Shown here in pieces: positions 63,753 to 64,000 of a DNA stretch of 64,000 nt (the first letter of the stretch is position 1; every line of letters begins with the position of its first letter). The notes beneath the pieces were generated by a model. The model saw only the letters and a program-made list of their open reading frames with translations, did no database searches and had not been told where the DNA came from. A program made the position numbers and the translations under genes. This DNA is from Erysipelotrichaceae bacterium (GTDB lineage Bacteria; Bacillota_I; Bacilli_A; Erysipelotrichales; Erysipelotrichaceae): assembly GCA_017431225.1 (NCBI GenBank), contig JAFRLM010000010.1, positions 6,342-70,341 on the forward strand, in the 5' to 3' direction.

Positions 63753-64000
63753 TCAGCTGATCTCCGCTCCGAGCGCACGGAGCTTTTCTTTGATGTGATC
63801 GTAGCCGCGGTAGATGTATTTCGCGTCATTGATCGTGGTCTCACCCTTGGCGATCAGGCCGGCGATGACCAGAGAAGCGCCGCAGCGCAGATCGGTCGCC
63901 CGGACTTCGGTACCGAATAACGGAGTCGGACCATTGATGACACTGTTGCCGTCAAGGACTTCGATCTCGGCGCCCATCTTATTCAGTTCGGCGCAGTGTT
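63753..64000 (-). CDS. murA: UDP-N-acetylglucosamine 1-carboxyvinyltransferase, C-terminal part (gene starts beyond window end)
   Basis: ...VRATDLRCGASLVIAGLIAKGETTINDAKYIYRGYDHIKEKLRALGAEIS. Confidence 0.9.
   Translation of the reverse strand, partial: HCAELNKMGAEIEVLDGNSVINGPTPLFGTEVRATDLRCGASLVIAGLIAKGETTINDAKYIYRGYDHIKEKLRALGAEIS

Overview
Chromosomal segment of a roughly 50% GC Bacillota-type genome. The lineage call is an inference from gene order (tilS-hpt/ftsH/hslO/dusB and murA/rpmE/tdk/prfA/prmC) and from T-box and Rho-independent terminator usage. About 60 protein genes, mostly on the minus strand and tightly packed, often with overlapping stop/start codons. Three tRNAs (His-GTG, Leu-CAG, Thr-GGT), one Met-specific T-box leader in front of metQNI, and many intrinsic terminators. 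I saw no rRNA, CRISPR array, transposase, integrase or phage genes.

Functional blocks:
- Glycerophosphodiester/glycerol-3-P locus (ABC importer, BCCT transporter, GDPD, three-gene G3P dehydrogenase), 1-8351.
- Envelope proteases (CPBP, HtrA).
- Ankyrin-repeat gene plus EF-G paralog operon.
- rRNA methyltransferase, RluA, M15B-like and DUF45 genes.
- pcrA.
- Orphan BcrA/HgdC-type activase plus dehydratase-like pair.
- Patatin and rhomboid genes.
- Purine permease, trkAH, azlCD, glgA.
- metQNI, then housekeeping genes.

Items most worth a second look:
- An RlmC/RumB-like m5U methyltransferase interrupted by one in-frame TAG, with all catalytic motifs intact downstream.
- Two pseudoenzymes: an LdcB/VanY (M15B) homolog and a patatin homolog, each with every catalytic or metal-binding residue substituted. 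An intact patatin paralog lies in the same window.
- An XRE-HTH regulator translationally coupled to a membrane-anchored protein that carries a paralogous C-terminal domain.
- A 165-nt leader with a Shine-Dalgarno-preceded 31-codon uORF whose stop codon sits inside a terminator-like hairpin, upstream of the ankyrin/EF-G2 operon.
- A tilS-hpt fusion that retains an internal SD and ATG.
- Several-fold over-representation of GATC across the window.

I found no convincing complete novel system such as a defence island. All functional assignments are from motif recognition by eye, with no database searches.
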